Origin: Methyloceanibacter sp.
GTDB lineage: Bacteria; Pseudomonadota; Alphaproteobacteria; Rhizobiales; Methyloligellaceae
Direction of reading: 5' to 3'
Length of the DNA: 39,448 bases
Assembly (NCBI GenBank): GCA_035575415.1
Contig: DATLXW010000129.1
Coordinates: 1 to 39,448, forward strand
Both the position numbers and the translations under genes were made by a program. Shown piece after piece: positions 1 through 8,981 of the stretch (within the stretch, counting starts at the first letter, position 1; the number at the start of each line of letters is the position of its first letter). The notes under the pieces were generated by a model. That model saw only the letters and a list, made by a program, of their open reading frames with translations. It made no database searches and was not told the origin of the DNA.

Positions 1-735
1 GCGATAGAAGCCGTTCCGACGGAGCGCGCGGGTCGTGGCGATGAGGAAGAGGAACACCACGCCCGCGGCGGCAAGATGCCCCTGGCCGGAGAGGTCATCC
101 TGCCGGTTCGGATTTATGACAGCGAACGCTGGCGGCAGCGCTTCGTCGGCCTGGTGGTGGTCGATGACGACGATATCGGCGCCCTGCGCATTGGCGGCTG
201 AAATCGCGGCGCTGGATGTCGTTCCGCAATCGACCGTAACGATCAGTCCCGCTCCCTCTTCCACAAGGGTGAGAAGCGCTTCGGCGGAAGGGCCGTATCC
301 CTCAGTCAACCGGTCTGGGATATAAGTGAGCGGTGTCTGCCCGTGGGCGCGCAAGAAACGCTCGATCAGCGCGACGGAGGCGGCGCCATCGACGTCGTAG
401 TCGCCGAAAACCGCAATCTTCGTTCCTGCCTCGATCGCGGTGGCGAAACGTTCGGCGCCCTTTTCCATGTCTTGCAAGCGAGCGGGATCCGGCAGGAGGG
501 TCCTCAACGCCGGATCGAGGAAAGAGGCGACGTTGTGCGCATCGGCGCCGCGCGCGGCAAGCACGCGCCCGAGCAATTCGGGCAAATTATGCGCTTGCGC
601 AATGGCGCTCGCGGCAACGGCGCGCGAGGAATCGAGCCGCTCGACCCAGCGATAGGCGCGAACCGAGCGCTCGACGCCGAGGAAAGCCGGACGGACAGAC
701 GGGTGGATTGCCGGGAACTTGAGGGCAGCGGTCAC
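1..735 (-). CDS. recJ: Single-stranded-DNA-specific exonuclease RecJ, N-terminal part (runs off the left window edge, missing from the ORF track)
   Basis: Manual translation from GTG at 735 gives the DHH-family motifs FGDYDVDG, YIPDRLTEGYG, VTVDCG, VIDHH, INPNRQDD and HLAAAGVVF. No stop occurs before base 1. Confidence 0.93.
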   Translation of the reverse strand, partial: MTAALKFPAIHPSVRPAFLGVERSVRAYRWVERLDSSRAVAASAIAQAHNLPELLGRVLAARGADAHNVASFLDPALRTLLPDPARLQDMEKGAERFATAIEAGTKIAVFGDYDVDGAASVALIERFLRAHGQTPLTYIPDRLTEGYGPSAEALLTLVEEGAGLIVTVDCGTTSSAAISAANAQGADIVVIDHHQADEALPPAFAVINPNRQDDLSGQGHLAAAGVVFLFLIATTRALRRNGFYR

Positions 736-798
736 GCCAACACCATGCGCAGGCGGGATGGAAGCTGCCAGTTTAAGGTGATTCGGGTGGAGACCCTC

Positions 799-1785
799 TC
801 ACTCGAATTTGCCGATATCGGGGTGCTCGGTCTTGATCCAGCGCACGGTGCGGGTCGAGGCGCGCATGACCAGCGTATGGGTAAAAACCGCCTCGCGCAC
901 GAAGCGCACGCCTTCGAGCAGCGTGCCGTCGGTGATGCCGGTAGCGGCGAAGGAGAGGTCGCCCATGATCATATCGCGGATGTGGTACTTGCGGCCGATG
1001 TCGTGGATGCCGGCGGCACGGGCGCGAGCTTTGTGCTGATCGTTCATGGCGACGAGGCGCCCCTGCATCTGACCGCCGATGCAGGCGAGAGCGGCGGCGG
1101 CGAGCACGCCCTCCGGGGCGCCGCCGATGCCCATATAGATGTCGATGCCGGTTTCGAGCGGTTTGGTCACGTGGATGATGCCGGCGATGTCGCCGTCGCT
1201 GATCAGCCGCAGCGAGGCGCCGGCGCCGCGCACCTCCTCGATTAGTTTGGCGTGACGCGGGCGGTCGAGAATGCAGACGGTGATGCGCTCGATCGGCACA
1301 CCCTTAGCTTCTGCAAGCGCCTTGAGATTGTCGGAGGGCGTGGCGTCGAGATCGACGAGGCCGTCGGGAAAGCCCGGGCCGATCGCGATCTTATCCATGT
1401 AGATGGGAGGCACCTTGAGCAGACTGCCGCGTTCGGCGACGGCCAACACCGAGAGGGCGTTAGGCAGCGCCTTGGCACATAAGGTCGAGCCCTCGATTGG
1501 GTCGACCGCAAGGTCGATTTTGACAGCACCGGCTCCATCTGCCCCGACGGTTTCGCCGATATAAAGGAGCGGCGTCTCATCTTCCTCGCCCTCGCCGACG
1601 ACCACCACGCCCTCGATCGGAAGCCGGGCGAGTTCGCGATACATGGCGGTGGCCGCAGCCTCGTCCGACGCGGCCTCGTTGCCGCGGCCGCGCCAAAGCG
1701 CGGCGGCCACGGCCGTCGCCTCCGTGACGCGCACGATGTCGAGCGCAAGCGCGCGGTCGAGCTCGGACCTGTTCTGCGCCTTCAA
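799..1785 (-). CDS. glpX: Class II fructose-1,6-bisphosphatase GlpX
   Basis: 328-aa ORF with VRVTEATAVAA, VVVGEGE, DLAVDPIEG, ILDRPRH, LISDGDI, GGAPEGVLAAAAL and FAATGITDG motifs. Confidence 0.93.
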   Translation of the reverse strand: MKAQNRSELDRALALDIVRVTEATAVAAALWRGRGNEAASDEAAATAMYRELARLPIEGVVVVGEGEEDETPLLYIGETVGADGAGAVKIDLAVDPIEGSTLCAKALPNALSVLAVAERGSLLKVPPIYMDKIAIGPGFPDGLVDLDATPSDNLKALAEAKGVPIERITVCILDRPRHAKLIEEVRGAGASLRLISDGDIAGIIHVTKPLETGIDIYMGIGGAPEGVLAAAALACIGGQMQGRLVAMNDQHKARARAAGIHDIGRKYHIRDMIMGDLSFAATGITDGTLLEGVRFVREAVFTHTLVMRASTRTVRWIKTEHPDIGKFE

Positions 1786-1851
1786 CAGGGTACGCTCCTC
1801 CCGCCCTCGGGCGATCGTTCCTCGCCGCCTGTAGGGTTAGCACATTCAGTA

Positions 1852-3174
1852 TCACAATTTTTCGATACGGATCATCTGCGGCTTTTGATCGACATGGCCG
1901 TCCCGCTCGATGGCGGCGAGCGCCTTGCGAACGGCAGCTTCGGTGGTTTGATGCGTAATCATCACAACCGCCGCTGGCGCACCCTTGTTCGGGCGGTCGA
2001 AGCCGGGGAGTTCGGCGGCGGCGCGGCGCTGCACGATGCTTTCGATGGAGATGCCCTGCTCGGCCATCCGGCCGGCAATGGCGGCAAAGGCTCCGGTGCG
2101 GTCGTAGACCGACAGCCGGATATAATAACCGCCTTCATGCGCCCGCATCTGCGCCCGCTTATAGGGCTTGAGGCTTTTTGCCGGCGTGCCGAAAGGCGGA
2201 AGAATGTGGCCGCGGGCAATGTCGATGAGATCGCTCATGACCGCCGATGCCGTCGGCCCGGAGCCGGCGCCGGGACCGACCAGCATTACGTCTCCGACGA
2301 AATCGCCGTCGATGGCCACGCAGTTCGATACACCGTCAACTTCGGCGATGGCGGTGTGTTTCGGGACCATGGTCGGATGCACACGCTGCTCGATGCCGCT
2401 GTCGGTGCGGAGCGCCACGCCGAGCAGCTTGATGCGGTAACCAAGCTCGCCCGCCGCCTCGATGTCGGCCGGAGTGATGGACTCGATGCCTTCGACATAG
2501 ACGGATTCGAAGTCGACACGGGTGCCGAAAGCGAGGCTGGTCAAAAGCGAGAGCTTATGCGCGGTGTCGAAGCCGCCAATGTCGAAAGTCGGGTCGGCTT
2601 CGGCGTAACCTTGCGCCTGCGCATCCTTCAAGACGTCGGCGAAGCTCCTGCCTTCCTTCTCCATTAAACTCAAGATGTAATTGCAGGTGCCGTTGAGGAT
2701 GCCATAGACGCGGGAGATGTTGTTGCCCTGGAGGCTCTCGCGGATGACCTTGACCACAGGAATGCCGCCGGCAACGGCGCCTTCGAAGTTCAGGGCGACG
2801 CCATGCCTTTCGGCGTGCGCCGCCAGAGCTGTGCCGTGATGCGCAAGCAGCGCCTTGTTGGCGGTCACCACATGTTTGCCGGCCGCAAGCGCGGCCTCGA
2901 CCGCCTCCTTGGCGACACCGCCTTCGCCTCCAATGAGCTCGACGAAGACGTCGATCTCGGGGTCGCGCGCCAGCACAACGGGGTCCTTCACGAAGCGAAA
3001 CTCTGAGATATCGGCGTCGCGATTTTTGCGGCGATTGCGCGCGGAGACCGCCACGACCTCGATGCCGCGACCGATACGCGCAGCAAGCTCTCCTTTGCGC
3101 GCAGACAAGAGGCGCAAGAGGCCGCTGCCGACGGTGCCAATCCCCGCCACGCCGAGCTTCAGAGCGTCACGCAT
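1852..3174 (-). CDS. hom: Homoserine dehydrogenase with C-terminal ACT domain
   Basis: GIGTVG NAD-binding motif, VVTANKALLA, FEGAVAGGIP, GILNGTCNYIL, GYAEADPTFD, GPGAG..PTASAV. ATG at 3174 preferred over TTG at 3180. Confidence 0.96.
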   Translation of the reverse strand: MRDALKLGVAGIGTVGSGLLRLLSARKGELAARIGRGIEVVAVSARNRRKNRDADISEFRFVKDPVVLARDPEIDVFVELIGGEGGVAKEAVEAALAAGKHVVTANKALLAHHGTALAAHAERHGVALNFEGAVAGGIPVVKVIRESLQGNNISRVYGILNGTCNYILSLMEKEGRSFADVLKDAQAQGYAEADPTFDIGGFDTAHKLSLLTSLAFGTRVDFESVYVEGIESITPADIEAAGELGYRIKLLGVALRTDSGIEQRVHPTMVPKHTAIAEVDGVSNCVAIDGDFVGDVMLVGPGAGSGPTASAVMSDLIDIARGHILPPFGTPAKSLKPYKRAQMRAHEGGYYIRLSVYDRTGAFAAIAGRMAEQGISIESIVQRRAAAELPGFDRPNKGAPAAVVMITHQTTEAAVRKALAAIERDGHVDQKPQMIRIEKL

Positions 3175-3183
3175 CGGCAAGGA

Positions 3184-4416
3184 TCAGAACGACCGATTCG
3201 CCTTAGAGGCAATGGGAATCACATTGTGCAGTGTTTTCGCCGACTCGGAGAGGAAGCGGCGGACATTGCGCGCCGCCTGGCGAATGCGCTGCTCGTTCTC
3301 AACCAGCGCGATGCGCACATAGCCTTCGCCATATTCGCCGAAGCCCACGCCCGGGGAGACAGCAACGGCCGCCTTTTCGAGCAGCAGCTTTGCGAATTCG
3401 AGGCTGCCGAGATGAGCGAACATTTCGGGAATGGGCGCCCAGGCGAACATCGTGGCGGGCGGCGATGGGATCGGCCACCCTGCGCGCGTCATCGATTCGA
3501 CCAGGCAATCGCGGCGGCGCTTGTAGATGGCGCGGATGTCGTCGATGCAATCCTGTGGGCCGTTGAGGGCCGCCGCGGCTGCTACTTGGATCGGCGTATA
3601 GGCGCCGTAATCGAGGTAGGACTTCACGCGCGAGAGCGCGTGAATCAGCCGGTCGTTCCCAACGGCAAAGCCCACACGCCAACCGGGCATGGCGTAGGTC
3701 TTGGACAAAGTGGTGAACTCGACGGCAAGCTCGATTGCGCCGGGAACTTGCAGAATCGACGGCGGCGGCTCGCCCTCGAAATAGATCTCGGCGTAAGCAA
3801 GGTCGGAGAGCACGATGAGATCGTGCTTCTTGGCGAAGGCGACCACCTCCTTGTAGAAATCGAGATCGGCGACGACGGCGGTCGGATTAGCCGGATAATT
3901 GAGTACGAGCGCCAGCGGCTTCGGCACCGAGTGGCGAACCGCCTTGTCGAGCGAAACCATGAACTGGGAGTCGGTGCGCGCCGGAAGATGCCGGATCACC
4001 CCGCCCGACATGATGAAGCCGAACTCGTGGATCGGATAGGTCGGATTCGGCACCAGGATCACGTCGCCGGGCGCTGTGATCGCCTGCGCGACATTGGCGA
4101 AGCCCTCTTTCGAGCCAAGCGTCACGATCACTTGCGTGTCGGGATTGAGCTTCACGCCGAATCTTCGGGCATAATAGGCCGCTTGCGCCTTGCGCAACCC
4201 ATGAATCCCGCGCGACGAGGAATAGCGATTGGTGCGGGGGTCGCGCACGGTCTCAACCAGCTTCGCGACGATATGCTCGGGTGTGGGCATATCCGGGTTG
4301 CCCATGCCGAAATCGATGATGTCGTCGCCGCGCGCGCGTGCCTCAGCTTTGAGCCGGTTGACCTGCTCGAAGACGTAAGGCGGCAGCCGCTTGATCCTGT
4401 GGAAATCGCTGTTCAC
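3184..4416 (-). CDS. PLP-dependent class I/II aminotransferase (AlaC / LL-diaminopimelate aminotransferase-like)
   Basis: LPPYVF, DFGMGNPD, GSKEG, NYPANPT, DLAYAEI, SKTYAMPGWRVG (PLP lysine), PGVGFG, YVRIAL. It sits directly upstream of hom. Substrate is not determinable from sequence. Confidence 0.88.
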   Translation of the reverse strand: MNSDFHRIKRLPPYVFEQVNRLKAEARARGDDIIDFGMGNPDMPTPEHIVAKLVETVRDPRTNRYSSSRGIHGLRKAQAAYYARRFGVKLNPDTQVIVTLGSKEGFANVAQAITAPGDVILVPNPTYPIHEFGFIMSGGVIRHLPARTDSQFMVSLDKAVRHSVPKPLALVLNYPANPTAVVADLDFYKEVVAFAKKHDLIVLSDLAYAEIYFEGEPPPSILQVPGAIELAVEFTTLSKTYAMPGWRVGFAVGNDRLIHALSRVKSYLDYGAYTPIQVAAAAALNGPQDCIDDIRAIYKRRRDCLVESMTRAGWPIPSPPATMFAWAPIPEMFAHLGSLEFAKLLLEKAAVAVSPGVGFGEYGEGYVRIALVENEQRIRQAARNVRRFLSESAKTLHNVIPIASKANRSF

Positions 4417-4534
4417 GGATAGAGGGGTCCCGGCCCCCGATGTTCCCCGTTTGCGAGGGACTCTCTTTGAACCACATAACCCCGGGAAAGGGCAAGAAGC
4501 TCCAAGGCCTTGGCTTAATTGGCGCGAAATCCGG

Positions 4535-4747
4535 CTATTCAGCCTGCTTTCCCTGCTCGGCCGCCTTTTGCAAGTCGCTGATCACGGCCTTTTGTTCCGA
4601 TGGGCTTAAGGTCTGCTCGTAGCTCCGCCGCAGCGTCGCCGAAGACGTGGCCTGGTCGGCGGTAATCGTGTCGGCGCAAGCGGCAAGCCCGAGGGGAACC
4701 AGCAGGGCAAACAGGCGTAAGGCTAATGCGAGTGGCCCGCGCAGCAT
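4535..4747 (-). CDS. Small putative lipoprotein, 70 aa
   Basis: From ATG at 4747: MLRGPLALALRLFALLVPLGLAAC (hydrophobic stretch plus LAAC lipobox, Cys24) followed by a short polar, helical-looking mature part. TAG at 4535-4537. Confidence 0.65.
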   Translation of the reverse strand: MLRGPLALALRLFALLVPLGLAACADTITADQATSSATLRRSYEQTLSPSEQKAVISDLQKAAEQGKQAE

Positions 4748-4800
4748 AGTTAGGCAGCCCTGAGGCTGCTCCCCGTGACGATTGGCAATCGTCGTCCACT

Positions 4801-4820
4801 TGCTATATTGCATAGCACAA
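4801..4820. promoter_or_regulatory. Putative PhaR-type operator upstream of phaC
   Basis: TGCATAGCACAA (4809-4820) contains a TGC-N3-GCA core and overlaps the inverted repeat TGCTAT-N5-ATAGCA (4801-4817), about 95-110 bp upstream of phaC. Confidence 0.5.
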
Positions 4821-4913
4821 TGACGCTTTGCGCGAAAGCCGCGCATCGGGCGAAGTTCCTTCCCCACCGTGGCGGCAGCAAGGTGATTTGGGGGTCAAAA
4901 CAAGGACATCCTG

Positions 4914-6743
4914 ATGCAGGAGAAGAATAAGAGCCTCGATCCAAGCGAGGCGGAGCTTTCGCAGGCGCAACCCAACAAAGTCGAAGCGTTCGCATTGAAC
5001 ATGGTCCGCCTCTTCGACGAGGGGGCGAAAGCGATGACCAAACTCGCCGAGCGGTCCGGCACCAACAACGGCCAGGGACCCTACAGCGTCGCCGCCGAAG
5101 TCGGCGAGGCGGCGAAGTCGCTCGGCGAAGTCATGCGCCATTGGGTGGCCGAGCCCGGAAAACTGGTCGCCGCGCAAGGCGAGCTGTTCCGCAGCTATGC
5201 CGATCTCTGGGGCCGGTCGGTGCGCCGCTTCCTCGGCGAAAAAGTCGAGCCGGTGGCGGAGCCGGAACCGGGCGACAACCGCTTCAAGGACCCCGACTGG
5301 TCGGAAGCGCAGTTCTTCGATTTCTGGAAGCAGGCCTATCTCATCACCTCGCGCTGGGCCGAGGACCTCACGCGCAAGACCGAAGGCGTCGATGAAAAGA
5401 CGCGGCAGAAGGCGCTGTTCTATCTCAACCAGATGCTTGCGGCACTGTCGCCCTCGAATTTCCCGCTCACCAATCCCGAAGTTGTGCGCACGACGCTCGC
5501 CACCAATGCCGAGAACTTGGTGCGCGGGATGACGCAGTTTGTGCACGACCTCGAACAGTCGAAGGACCTGCTCCGCATCAGCCAAACCGATCTCTCGGCC
5601 TTCGAGGTGGGGCGCAATCTCGCCGTCACACCCGGCAAGGTGATTTTCCAGAACGAGCTGATCCAGCTCATTCAATATGCGCCGAGCACGGCGGAGGTCT
5701 ACGAGCGGCCACTGTTGATCGTCCCGCCCTGGATCAACAAGTACTACATTCTTGATCTCACGCCGGAGAAATCCTTCGTCAAGTGGGCGGTCGGCCAGGG
5801 CTTCACCGTTTTTCTGATCTCCTGGGTCAATCCGGATGCGCGGCTCGCGCAGAAGACCTTCGAGGACTATATGCGCGAAGGCATCCTCGCGGCGATCGAT
5901 GCGGTAACCCGGCAAACCGGAGTGGAGAAGATCAATGCCCTCGGTTATTGCGTCGGCGGCACTCTCCTCGCTTGCACGCTCGCCTATATGGCGGCGAAGG
6001 GCGACGACAGGATTGCCTCAGCAACGTTCCTCGCCGCGCAGGTCGATTTCAGCAAGGCCGGCGATTTGCTCGTCTTCATCGACGACACCCAGCTCAAGGC
6101 GCTCGAGGAGATGATGGCCGAGCAAGGCTATCTCGACGGCTCGCGGATGGCCGCGGTGTTCAACTTACTGCGGCCGCGCGACCTGATCTGGCCTTACGTC
6201 GTGAACAATTATCTCCTCGGCAAGAAGCCGTTCCCCTTCGATCTTCTTTATTGGAACGCCGATTCGACGCGGCTTCCGGCCGCGAACCACGCCTTCTATC
6301 TGCGCGAGTTTTACCACTTGAACCGGCTGGCCAAGGGCGAGATGGAGCTTGGCGAGGTCAGGCTCGACCTCAAACGCGTGACGATCCCGATCTACGAGCT
6401 GTTCACCCGCGAGGACCATATCGCGCCGGCCGCTTCGGTCTTTCGCGGCAGCAAATTGTTTGGCGGCCCTGTGCGGCACGTCATGGCGGGCTCAGGGCAT
6501 ATCGCCGGCGTGGTCAATCCTCCCGATAAGCGGAAATATCAATTCTGGTCAGACGGAAAAGCCGGCGGCACGCTGGAAGAGTGGCAGGCCACCGCGCGCG
6601 AAACCAAGGGCTCCTGGTGGCCGGATTGGGGGCGCTGGCTGGCCGATTATTCGGGACCCAAGGTCCCTGCCCGCGATCCGTCGAACGGCGCGCTGCGGCC
6701 GATCGAAGATGCGCCTGGATCTTACGTGAAGGCACGGGATTAG
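4914..6743 (+). CDS. phaC: Class I polyhydroxyalkanoate synthase
   Basis: 609 aa with DNRFKD, SPSNF..TNP, PPWINKYYILDL, lipase box GYCVGG, EDHIAP, SGHIAG and C-terminal APGSYV. SD-like AAGGA precedes the ATG. Confidence 0.97.
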   Translation: MQEKNKSLDPSEAELSQAQPNKVEAFALNMVRLFDEGAKAMTKLAERSGTNNGQGPYSVAAEVGEAAKSLGEVMRHWVAEPGKLVAAQGELFRSYADLWGRSVRRFLGEKVEPVAEPEPGDNRFKDPDWSEAQFFDFWKQAYLITSRWAEDLTRKTEGVDEKTRQKALFYLNQMLAALSPSNFPLTNPEVVRTTLATNAENLVRGMTQFVHDLEQSKDLLRISQTDLSAFEVGRNLAVTPGKVIFQNELIQLIQYAPSTAEVYERPLLIVPPWINKYYILDLTPEKSFVKWAVGQGFTVFLISWVNPDARLAQKTFEDYMREGILAAIDAVTRQTGVEKINALGYCVGGTLLACTLAYMAAKGDDRIASATFLAAQVDFSKAGDLLVFIDDTQLKALEEMMAEQGYLDGSRMAAVFNLLRPRDLIWPYVVNNYLLGKKPFPFDLLYWNADSTRLPAANHAFYLREFYHLNRLAKGEMELGEVRLDLKRVTIPIYELFTREDHIAPAASVFRGSKLFGGPVRHVMAGSGHIAGVVNPPDKRKYQFWSDGKAGGTLEEWQATARETKGSWWPDWGRWLADYSGPKVPARDPSNGALRPIEDAPGSYVKARD

Positions 6744-6748
6744 CGCTC

Positions 6749-7798
6749 TCAAGGAAAAAGCGGCAGCTGTTCGAGCCCGGTCGTCTCGCCGAAGCCGAAC
6801 ATCAGATTGAAATTCTGCAAGGCTTGGCCCGCCGAGCCTTTTACCAGATTGTCGATCGCCGACACGACAATGGCGCGGCCTTCGATGCGGTCGGCGAAGA
6901 CACCGATATGGCAATAGTTCGAGCCGCGCACATGTTGGGTGGCGGGAATGACCCCCTCCTCGACGATGCGCACGAACGGACTGTCCACGTAGACCTGCGC
7001 AAGGGCCTCCCGTAGCTCGCCCACGCCCGCTTTGGCCTTAAGGCGCACATAAGAAGTGCAAAGCTCGCCGCGGCTCATGGGGGCAAGATGCGGCGTGAAA
7101 TTGATGGTCAGGGGGGCGCCGAGAGCAAGACCGAGCTCCTGCTCGATCTCGGGCACATGGCGATGATTGCCGATGCCGTAAGGGGATAAACCCTCGCCGG
7201 CTTCAGAAAAAAGAATATTCTGCTTCAAGCTGCGGCCGGCGCCCGAGACACCCGATTTCGCGTCGATGATGATGTCGGACGGCTCGATTAGCTTCGCCTT
7301 GGCAAGCGGCAGAAGCGCGAGTAGCACGGCGGTCGGGTAGCAGCCGGGACAGGCGACGAGCCGTGCCGCTTTGATTTGCTCGCGATAATGCTCGGTCAGC
7401 CCGTACACAGCCTCCTTCATCAGCGCGGGCGCGCCGTGTTCGTTGCCGTACCATTCGGCGTAGAGTTTGGGGTCGCGCAGACGAAAATCCGCTGACATAT
7501 CGATGATTTTCAATCGCTTCGGCAGTTTGCCGATCTCGGCATGGGCGGTGCCGTGCGGAAGCCCGCAAAAGACGACGTCGACGTCGTCCCAAGGGGCCTC
7601 CTCGGGCGTGACGAGCAAAGGCGCAGCGACGCCTGCAAGGTGGGGAAACACTTGCCCGAGGCTCTGGCCAGCATGCCCCTTGGCGATTAGCGCGGTAATT
7701 TCGATTGCCGGATGCAACGCGGCCAACCTGATCATATCGGCGCCGGTATAGCCCGATGCGCCGAGCACGGCGGCTCTGATGGTCTTGGCTTTGGCCAT
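6749..7798 (-). CDS. argC: N-acetyl-gamma-glutamyl-phosphate reductase
   Basis: GASGYTG, CGLPHG, DMSADFRL, YGLTE, ACPGCYPT, AKSGVSGAGR, FTPHL, IDNLVKG.AGQA. ATG at 7798 (MAKAKT) preferred because the longer start lies inside a repeat. Confidence 0.96.
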   Translation of the reverse strand: MAKAKTIRAAVLGASGYTGADMIRLAALHPAIEITALIAKGHAGQSLGQVFPHLAGVAAPLLVTPEEAPWDDVDVVFCGLPHGTAHAEIGKLPKRLKIIDMSADFRLRDPKLYAEWYGNEHGAPALMKEAVYGLTEHYREQIKAARLVACPGCYPTAVLLALLPLAKAKLIEPSDIIIDAKSGVSGAGRSLKQNILFSEAGEGLSPYGIGNHRHVPEIEQELGLALGAPLTINFTPHLAPMSRGELCTSYVRLKAKAGVGELREALAQVYVDSPFVRIVEEGVIPATQHVRGSNYCHIGVFADRIEGRAIVVSAIDNLVKGSAGQALQNFNLMFGFGETTGLEQLPLFP

Positions 7799-7821
7799 GG
7801 GTCTTGGCCCCAATTGCGTTC

Positions 7822-7850
7822 TGCTTAAGAGGTGGATTAAGCCGAGTCGA
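7822..7850 (-). promoter_or_regulatory. Possible sigma70 promoter for argC with overlapping inverted repeat
   Basis: Minus strand TCGACT-N17-TAAGCA. It overlaps GCTTAA-N8-TTAAGC (7823-7842). Confidence 0.3.
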
Positions 7851-7852
7851 GG

Positions 7853-7929
7853 CACCGTCATACCGGCGAAAGCCGGTATCCAGCAATCGATGACGTTCGA
7901 CTGGTTTCGGCTTTTGCCGAATGACGGTG
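7853..7929. repeat. CGTC-tagged REP/RIME-like palindromic dimer
   Basis: Perfect terminal inverted repeat CACCGTCAT (7853-7861) / ATGACGGTG (7921-7929). The left arm holds a perfect hairpin ATACCGGC-GAAA-GCCGGTAT. The right arm (7901-7929) is a degenerate inverted copy of the left arm. Confidence 0.75.
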
Positions 7930-7936
7930 ATTTTGG

Positions 7937-8416
7937 CTAGCGCTTGGAGAACTGGAAGCTGCGTCGGGCTTTGCGCTTGCCGTATTTCTTGCGCTCGACC
8001 ACGCGCGAATCGCGCGTCAGGAACCCGCCCTTCTTGAGGACGCTGCGCAACTCCGGCTCATAGCGGGTGAGCGCGATCGAGATGCCGTGACGCACGGCGC
8101 CAGCTTGCCCAGACAACCCACCGCCGGATACCGTGCAGATGACGTCATATTGCCCGTCGCGCTTGGTCGCAACGAGCGGCTGCTTCAGGATCATCTGCAA
8201 CACCGGCCGGGCGAAATAGGCGGTATAGTCCTTGCCGTTGATGACAATCTTGCCCGGCCCCTGCTTGACCCAAACGCGGGCGACCGCGTCCTTGCGTTTG
8301 CCGGTGGCATAGGCGCGGCCTTGCGCGTCGACCTTCTTCTCGTAGACGCGCGCCGGAGGCGCCGCAGTCTCGCCCTTCAAGGGCGCAAGGTCTTCAAGCG
8401 TCATCGTCTCGCTCAT
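7937..8416 (-). CDS. rpsI: 30S ribosomal protein S9
   Basis: [42 protein letters not shown], and C-terminal QFSKR. Confidence 0.99.
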   Translation of the reverse strand: MSETMTLEDLAPLKGETAAPPARVYEKKVDAQGRAYATGKRKDAVARVWVKQGPGKIVINGKDYTAYFARPVLQMILKQPLVATKRDGQYDVICTVSGGGLSGQAGAVRHGISIALTRYEPELRSVLKKGGFLTRDSRVVERKKYGKRKARRSFQFSKR

Positions 8417-8419
8417 GGC

Positions 8420-8884
8420 TTAGGCCGTCCTTGCATTCTTGGAATTGAGCGCCGCAACGTCGAGTTTCACCGGATTTTGCGCCGCATGCGGATGCTCCGG
8501 CCCGGGATAGATACGCAAATTTCTGAGTTGCTGGCGGCCGAGAGGTCCACGCGGCATCATGCGCTCGACCGCCTTTTGCAGCACGCGCTCCGGATGCTTG
8601 CCTTCGAGGACCTTTCCGGCGGTACGATCCTTGATGCCGCCGGGATAACCGGTATGCCAATGATAGACCTTGTCGGCGCGCTTGTTGCCGGTGAGCACAA
8701 CATTTTGCGCGTTGATCACGACAATGTTGTCGCCGCAATCCATATGCGGCGTGTAGGTCGCCTTGTGTTTGCCGCGCAATCTGGCCGCGATCAACGATGC
8801 AAGCCGCCCGACCACGAGGCCGTTGGCGTCGATCAGAATCCAGGACTTCTCGATGTCTTTCGGCGTAGCGGAAAAAGTCTTCAT
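8420..8884 (-). CDS. rplM: 50S ribosomal protein L13
   Basis: MKTFSA start at ATG 8884, then W.LIDA, GRLAS, LRGKHK..YTPH.DCGD, HTGYPGG and HPHAAQNP. Directly upstream of rpsI. Confidence 0.98.
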   Translation of the reverse strand: MKTFSATPKDIEKSWILIDANGLVVGRLASLIAARLRGKHKATYTPHMDCGDNIVVINAQNVVLTGNKRADKVYHWHTGYPGGIKDRTAGKVLEGKHPERVLQKAVERMMPRGPLGRQQLRNLRIYPGPEHPHAAQNPVKLDVAALNSKNARTA

Positions 8885-8912
8885 GAGTGGCTCTTGCGCG
8901 CAAGGATCGGGG

Positions 8913-8941
8913 CTTCTAACGGCTGGTTTTGCGACCGTCAA
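8913..8941 (-). promoter_or_regulatory. Putative sigma70 promoter of rplM-rpsI
   Basis: Minus strand TTGACG (8941-8936), 17-bp spacer, TAGAAG (8918-8913), ending 28 bp upstream of the rplM ATG. A -10 box lacking the final T is common in Alphaproteobacteria. Confidence 0.6.
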
Positions 8942-8981
8942 GCGCAAAGATAAAATACAACAGATACATTCACTTAAGCAT

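Noticed and set aside
4502-4513. 12-bp palindrome CCAAGGCCTTGG downstream of the small lipoprotein gene as a terminator
   Set aside because: It has no loop, a short effective stem and no U-tract, and could be chance.
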